64,000 nucleotides of DNA, taken from NCBI GenBank assembly GCA_019056785.1, contig DXJV01000059.1, positions 32,001-96,000 on the forward strand, read 5' to 3'. The position numbers and the translations under genes are program-made. This stretch comes from Candidatus Heimdallarchaeota archaeon (GTDB lineage: Archaea; Asgardarchaeota; Heimdallarchaeia; JABLTI01). Under the pieces are notes generated by a model, which was not told the DNA's origin, ran no database searches, and worked only from the letters and a program-made list of their open reading frames with translations. Position 1 is the stretch's first letter. Every line of letters begins with the position of its first letter. Shown one piece after another: positions 59,300-64,000 of this stretch.

Positions 59300-59749
59300 A
59301 TGGCAGAAACAATGGAACTAAAATCTACAGTCAAAATAGATGAAGAGAAGTTAACAAGAATCATCCATTTCTTAGGAGCAATCCTCTGCTATCTTATTGC
59401 AGTGGCGCTGACATTTAATCCATACTGGCAGTTAACAATTATTGCCGGCATTCTTGGGGGCGCTTTTTTCCTTCAATTACGCAAAGGTGCCCTTGTAGGA
59501 ACAATTGCCGTTGGATTAGCCTGGGGAACGTTTCTTCTTATTAAATTGACTAAAACAAATGTAGGAACTCTTTTAACGCAAATGACGGGGATACTCCTAG
59601 GCAACGAGCAGCTAAGTTGGTTGATAATTTTAGTAATAATACTCGTTGGCGCATTATTAGGAGCTGTAAGTGGAGTAATCGGCTCGGGAATGCGACTCTT
59701 GTTTCAGAACTTTCTTGAAAAGAGACAGAAATCACAACAACACGAGTAA
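59300..59749 (+). CDS. Small 4-TM membrane protein, probably co-transcribed with the acylase
   Basis: 3-nt gap after the acylase; GGAGG RBS; Gly-rich TMs. Confidence 0.75.
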   Translation: MAETMELKSTVKIDEEKLTRIIHFLGAILCYLIAVALTFNPYWQLTIIAGILGGAFFLQLRKGALVGTIAVGLAWGTFLLIKLTKTNVGTLLTQMTGILLGNEQLSWLIILVIILVGALLGAVSGVIGSGMRLLFQNFLEKRQKSQQHE

Positions 59750-59762
59750 AAGGTGACAAAAG

Positions 59763-60725
59763 TCACCTTGCTATTTTTTTGATTAAAAAAGGTTCTAACT
59801 CACGAGGTTGATCATTTAGCGAAAAGTTTTGTATGCATGGGAGAAGCTCTTCCAAAAAAACCAAATTAATTTGTTTTAACCCAACCAAATGGCCAAGGAA
59901 TTGAAGAGCAGAAATATGCTTCAAAGAGAGTTCTTGTTTTTCACCGCTAAACCATAAATAAACAGCTCCAAACTGGAACACAGGATGCCAACAAATACCT
60001 CCAAGAAGGGCAGGTGATAAACCTTCAGCATGTAAAGTATAGACCAATCGTTTTGCCTTGAAAAATTCCTCTTCAAAGGAGGAATGTAACAAAAACCATG
60101 CTTTGAGAGAGGTTGAATGCCAACCAATAATCAGTCGCCATGTAGCGTTTCTCTTGAGAGGTGCTGGCTGTAAATATGGTTCGAAAGATGGTTTGGCAAT
60201 TGTTGGAAGTCGCAGTATGAACCTTTTTTTCCAAATTGAAAAACCATTGCGAAGATAAAATTGTCCGGATGGCCCTGCTAACTCCTCTGGGTACACAAGA
60301 AGAGAGTCACAACCGTTTCTCCTTGCTGTCTGTTCAACTTTCTCAAGTAATTTACTGGCAATCCCCAGACGCCTTTTCTCCGGCCGGATAAGAAGAAGGT
60401 CAATGTAAGCGTGTTTGCCAGGAATCGCCGCTTCCTCACCATAAAAAGCGCCGATAAAGCCGGCAATAGTGCTATCTTCACGAGCGATAAAAATATCATT
60501 GGGGTCAAAGGTCTCCTGTTTAGATTCTTGCCAGTAATTTGTTGCAATGGAGAGGTCCATTGTTGGTCCTCCATGAAGCCAACGCTGAAAAGGAGAAAGC
60601 TCGTCGTATGTTGTCTCTTCTTTTTCTGTGAGGGAATGATAAAGAAACCATTTGTCTACAGATGCACGCTCGCAATCAACAAGTCCCGGTAAAGTTTCTT
60701 TGGACAACCGTTCAATTTGTACCAT
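59763..60725 (-). CDS. GNAT-family acetyltransferase
   Basis: IRPEKRRLGIASKLL; FYLRNGF. Confidence 0.85.
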   Translation of the reverse strand: MVQIERLSKETLPGLVDCERASVDKWFLYHSLTEKEETTYDELSPFQRWLHGGPTMDLSIATNYWQESKQETFDPNDIFIAREDSTIAGFIGAFYGEEAAIPGKHAYIDLLLIRPEKRRLGIASKLLEKVEQTARRNGCDSLLVYPEELAGPSGQFYLRNGFSIWKKRFILRLPTIAKPSFEPYLQPAPLKRNATWRLIIGWHSTSLKAWFLLHSSFEEEFFKAKRLVYTLHAEGLSPALLGGICWHPVFQFGAVYLWFSGEKQELSLKHISALQFLGHLVGLKQINLVFLEELLPCIQNFSLNDQPRELEPFLIKKIAR

Positions 60726-60925
60726 TTGATTAAATTAAGATACGAGCATTAAAAAATTTGCTCTAACAGTAGTAGTGCTTGAGCAAATGACTTGTAATTA
60801 TGAGGGCCGGAGGGATCATCATCCATTTTAAGAAAAAGACTAAGTATTGATAAATTGTAAAGTTGTTTTAGTGAATGGTCGTATTTAATGAGAGCCTCTA
60901 AATCGAATAAAAAGGTGGAAACTGC

Positions 60926-61699
60926 TTGAACAACCAGCCAACTAAATACCAACAATTGAATACAGATGGTGTTTTCGCTCTCCTCAATGGAGAACTCGAA
61001 AAAGCTTCGCGCCTGTTTCAACAAGCAAGAGACCTTCGTGAAGATTGCTTTGAAGCCCTTTGCAATTTGGGGAAAGTAGAACTGCTCAAAGAACATTACC
61101 ATGAAGCAATTGCCTTATTCCAACAATCCCTCGAGATAAATGATTCGTTTATCGAATCTCTTCACAATTTAGGTGTGGCTAATTATCGACTTGGGGAGCT
61201 GGAAAAAGCAATAGAGTTCTATACAAAAGCAGTTACTATTGACCCCAAGTACTTCCAAAGTGCCTTTAATCTCGGAAATTGCTACTATGAAAAAAAAGAA
61301 CTACAAAAAGCAATCTATTGGTATCAAAAGGCCATTGAAGCAAATCCCGCATTCTTTGATGCTTTTTTCAACCTGGCTAATGCTTATAGAGAAAATAACC
61401 AGAATAGCTTGGCAATACAAACCTTTGAGGAGATAGTCAAAAAATGGCCAGATGTTCCGATGGCGTATTACAATCTCGGTTATTCTTACCATCTAGAGAA
61501 GAACTTTCAGAAAGCAATTGAAAACTATCAAAAGGCAATTGCTCTCCGGAAAAATTATTTAAAAGCGATGATAAATCTTGCACTAATTTACGAGGAGCAA
61601 GGCGAGAGGGAAAAAGCCTTAGAACTTTTAAAGCAAGTACAAACAATTGACCCTACAATTGAAGTAATTAACTTCAAAATCGAGCAATTGAAGAAATAA
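60926..61699 (+). CDS. Tetratricopeptide repeat protein
   Basis: About 6-7 34-aa A..NLG..Y......EKAI..Y.KA...P repeats; AGGTGG plus TTG start. Confidence 0.95.
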   Translation: MNNQPTKYQQLNTDGVFALLNGELEKASRLFQQARDLREDCFEALCNLGKVELLKEHYHEAIALFQQSLEINDSFIESLHNLGVANYRLGELEKAIEFYTKAVTIDPKYFQSAFNLGNCYYEKKELQKAIYWYQKAIEANPAFFDAFFNLANAYRENNQNSLAIQTFEEIVKKWPDVPMAYYNLGYSYHLEKNFQKAIENYQKAIALRKNYLKAMINLALIYEEQGEREKALELLKQVQTIDPTIEVINFKIEQLKK

Positions 61700-61893
61700 C
61701 TGCTCTGAATTTTCTTGGCAAGTTCGCAGAAAAATCACTTTTTTCGGAAAAAACTGTCTTTTTTGTCGATAGAAATGCTTGCAATATGCTTGTTCTCGTC
61801 GAGAGTTCAAAAGACCATGGAGATTTATATATTTATAAAGAAAATCTTGTGTAGAACCTTTGAAGATGGTTTTACAATTAAAACCTAGATAAT

Positions 61894-61946
61894 AAGGGTG
61901 CAGAAAAATCCAGATTAGAACACCGCCCACTTTTTTATGCACCCTT
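61894..61946 (+). other. Intergenic stem-loop downstream of a strong TATA-like box
   Basis: AAGGGTGCAGAAAAA pairs with TTTTTATGCACCCTT (14/15 bp); TTTATATATTTATAAA at about 61824. Confidence 0.5.
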
Positions 61947-62019
61947 CTAATTTTTTTCCACCAAAAACAATAAAGACTTGAAAGGGCATTGATAATTAAA
62001 AAAAAACGAGGAATAGACA

Positions 62020-62682
62020 ATGAAAGTTACTTGGCTTGGACATGCCGGAATAGAAATTGAGGATCAAGGAAAAACCATTTTCATAGATCCTTGGCTAACA
62101 GGTAATCCTGTTGCAACGAAAAAAGTTGATGAGATTAAAAAAGCAGATGCAGTTTTTGTAACTCACGATCACGGAGATCATGGTTATGCTGATGCCGTGA
62201 CAATCTGTAAGAACACCGGCGCAACATTTGTAGGCATCTTTGAATTAGCTAATAAAGCTAAAGAGGATGGAGTTGGAAATGTTCTTGGTGGTAATATAGG
62301 TGGCACTGCTACTGTCGCGGGCATCGAGTTTGTTTTTACAGAAGCACTCCACAGCAGCTCTGTTGGCGCTCCCCTTGGATTTGTTATTAAACTCCCCTCA
62401 ATGACTGTCTATCACGCTGGCGATACTGGACTTTTTATGGGGATGAAACTTCTTGGCGAGCTGTATGATGTTGATTTGGCTTTTCTACCCATAGGTTCAC
62501 TCTTTACAATGGGGCCGAAAGAAGCAGCAAAAGCACTTGAGTTATTAAGTTGCCAAAAGGTCATTCCTATACATTACAAAACCTTCCCGGTTTTAACGAA
62601 AAGTGCTGAAGAGTTTAGTGAAATCGTTGGACCAATGATCGATGTCATTGCTCTCGAACCCGGCGACTCGAAAGAATTTTAA
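62020..62682 (+). CDS. Metal-dependent hydrolase, metallo-beta-lactamase fold (UPF0173-like)
   Basis: WLGHA; IDPW; THDHGDH; HSS; YHAGDT; LPIG..FTM; IPIHY.TFP. Confidence 0.93.
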   Translation: MKVTWLGHAGIEIEDQGKTIFIDPWLTGNPVATKKVDEIKKADAVFVTHDHGDHGYADAVTICKNTGATFVGIFELANKAKEDGVGNVLGGNIGGTATVAGIEFVFTEALHSSSVGAPLGFVIKLPSMTVYHAGDTGLFMGMKLLGELYDVDLAFLPIGSLFTMGPKEAAKALELLSCQKVIPIHYKTFPVLTKSAEEFSEIVGPMIDVIALEPGDSKEF

Positions 62683-62809
62683 TCCCTTTTTCTTTTTTCT
62701 TCTATTAATAAAAAGAGTTAGGAAAGGGAAGAATTAAAAAGGGTTGAGTTTGTAAGCTACACATCATTCACAGAAAAAATCTTCGCTAAAACTAATTGAG
62801 GACTTAAAA

Positions 62810-64000
62810 TTGAAATGTTGTTATCATCCTGATCAAGAAGCCGAGGGCGCTTGTGTTCAATGCAATGCTCCTCTTTGCAAAACTTGCATGACAGATGCCG
62901 AATTAAACGAAGGCCTCTGCCAAGTTTGCCTTCGCCAGAAAAAATTCATTCGGATTTATAGTTTCTTCCGACTTTTCTCCTGTTCGTTGGGAGCAGGGTG
63001 GTTAATTCTTGCGTTCATTATTTTTGACACTTCCCAAGGTTGGTCGAAACCATTCACTTACGGTCTTTTGGGCCTTTTTGGTTCGTTTGTTATTAATATG
63101 CTGGGCCTTTTTGTTGTTAATTGGCTTTTACTTGGCAACTTAAATCCTGAGCAAAAGCTCTTCGTTGCACTTTCTCGTTATTCAGTGACAGGACAAAAGA
63201 CTTTTCTCACACAAGCAGTTCGTGCAATGAAAAAGATTGATAATCTCGATAATTATCGTAATGCACTGTTTGATCAAATTATTGCTATTCTTATATTGCA
63301 GCCCTACGATCTCCCAATGGACTGGGTTGCCTATCTTAGTGAAACATTCAAAATGACAGAAGAGGACCTCCTTTCTGGTTTACTAGAATTTGGTCATGAG
63401 GTTTTCCTAAAAAATATCTTCGAAAACCATCATTATCAAGCAATAGAGCCTTACATCGAAATTTTAAACCGGACTGAGCAAACGAAGTTATATAATGAAT
63501 TAATCGATAAAATCATGGCGCGATTAGAGACAGCCGACTTGAAAGCCATCAAACGGTCACAACCCATTCAATTTGAAGGGATGGCACAACCACAACAACC
63601 ACTTAGACGAGAACCGCCTTCAGTGCTAAAAGACAAAGCATTTCTCACAGAATTAAAGCTTATAGATGAAGAGCTAAAGGAGTTCTTAATAAAGGAAAAA
63701 CGAGATGGTGATTGGGAGAAAATCTCGGAGACCATTGATCAATTTGAGCTTCCAAAAGTGCCTAAGAATACTTTCGAAGCTGCACGCTCTCTTGCAACAC
63801 AACAAGTTTCTCAGCGACAAGCAGTCCCCACACCTCTCCCAGAAGAATTAGAACAAGTCAAAGCTGATCCCTCTAAAACCAGACTTTGTGCGGAGTGTGG
63901 CGCAAGTTTTTCAAAAGAACAATTGAAAAAATATGAATACAAAGGCATCAGCGTTAATGTTTGTTCTCATTGCTTTACTATCCTTGAAGAAGAAGGGCAT
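62810..64000 (+). CDS. Partial (3'-truncated) B-box zinc-finger membrane protein with a second C-terminal Zn finger; absent from the ORF track
   Basis: GAGG plus TTG 62810; MKCCYHPDQEAEGACVQCNAPLCKTC...LCQVC; two TMs; same frame at the window end reads LCAECG....VCSHC. Confidence 0.8.
   Translation, partial: MKCCYHPDQEAEGACVQCNAPLCKTCMTDAELNEGLCQVCLRQKKFIRIYSFFRLFSCSLGAGWLILAFIIFDTSQGWSKPFTYGLLGLFGSFVINMLGLFVVNWLLLGNLNPEQKLFVALSRYSVTGQKTFLTQAVRAMKKIDNLDNYRNALFDQIIAILILQPYDLPMDWVAYLSETFKMTEEDLLSGLLEFGHEVFLKNIFENHHYQAIEPYIEILNRTEQTKLYNELIDKIMARLETADLKAIKRSQPIQFEGMAQPQQPLRREPPSVLKDKAFLTELKLIDEELKEFLIKEKRDGDWEKISETIDQFELPKVPKNTFEAARSLATQQVSQRQAVPTPLPEELEQVKADPSKTRLCAECGASFSKEQLKKYEYKGISVNVCSHCFTILEEEGH

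Noticed and set aside
60756-60826. Minus-strand ATGATGA-TCCCTCCGGCCCTCA as a C/D-box sRNA or tRNA 3' fragment (att site), plus a nearby 8-bp hairpin
   Set aside because: No canonical CTGA D box, no TTCRA T-loop or cloverleaf, and no integrase; cannot be supported without a search.
40-62020. Dozens of 60-165-aa ORFs antisense to or overlapping long genes (e.g. 1765..2169, 12454..12870, 50390..50818, 58110..58589, 61628..62020)
   Set aside because: Shadows of well-supported CDSs, with F/S/I-rich composition typical of reverse-strand translation and no motifs or RBS.
1-64000. tRNA/rRNA genes, transposases, proviruses and selenoprotein (in-frame TGA plus SECIS) candidates
   Set aside because: By eye I found no GC-rich structural RNA tracts, no recombinase/transposase/capsid motifs, and no TGA-interrupted gene with continuing homology.

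Overview
AT-rich, gene-dense archaeal chromosome segment with about 46 CDSs, TATA-like boxes, GGTGA/GGAGG ribosome-binding sites and frequent TTG/GTG starts. By inference it comes from an Asgard archaeon, probably Heimdallarchaeia-like, because it carries Fae-Hps, a full DENN-like protein, a longin/roadblock-tailed receptor, PCI-like and B-box proteins and many alpha-solenoid proteins. I found no rRNA, tRNA, CRISPR array, integrase or transposase. Recognisable metabolism: sat-cysC-sulfotransferase, S9 peptidase, GH38, GDPD, a divergent PGK, citC/citG without citDEF, acylphosphatase, a LeuC/LeuD-family aconitase, penicillin acylase, an MBL hydrolase, and HerA and NurA-like genes about 26 kb apart. 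Best candidates for an undescribed system: (1) a three-gene cluster at 27.1-28.9 kb with a DUF2085-like His/Cys membrane protein and two paralogous membrane proteins carrying variable-length (xxSC)n cysteine ladders; (2) two tandem long bactofilin-like beta-helix paralogues behind AC-N5-GT operator palindromes; (3) an integrin-alpha-like FG-GAP/Ig receptor with a cytoplasmic longin-like domain and a Tyr-rich tail. All family calls come from motif recognition by eye; no database searches were run.
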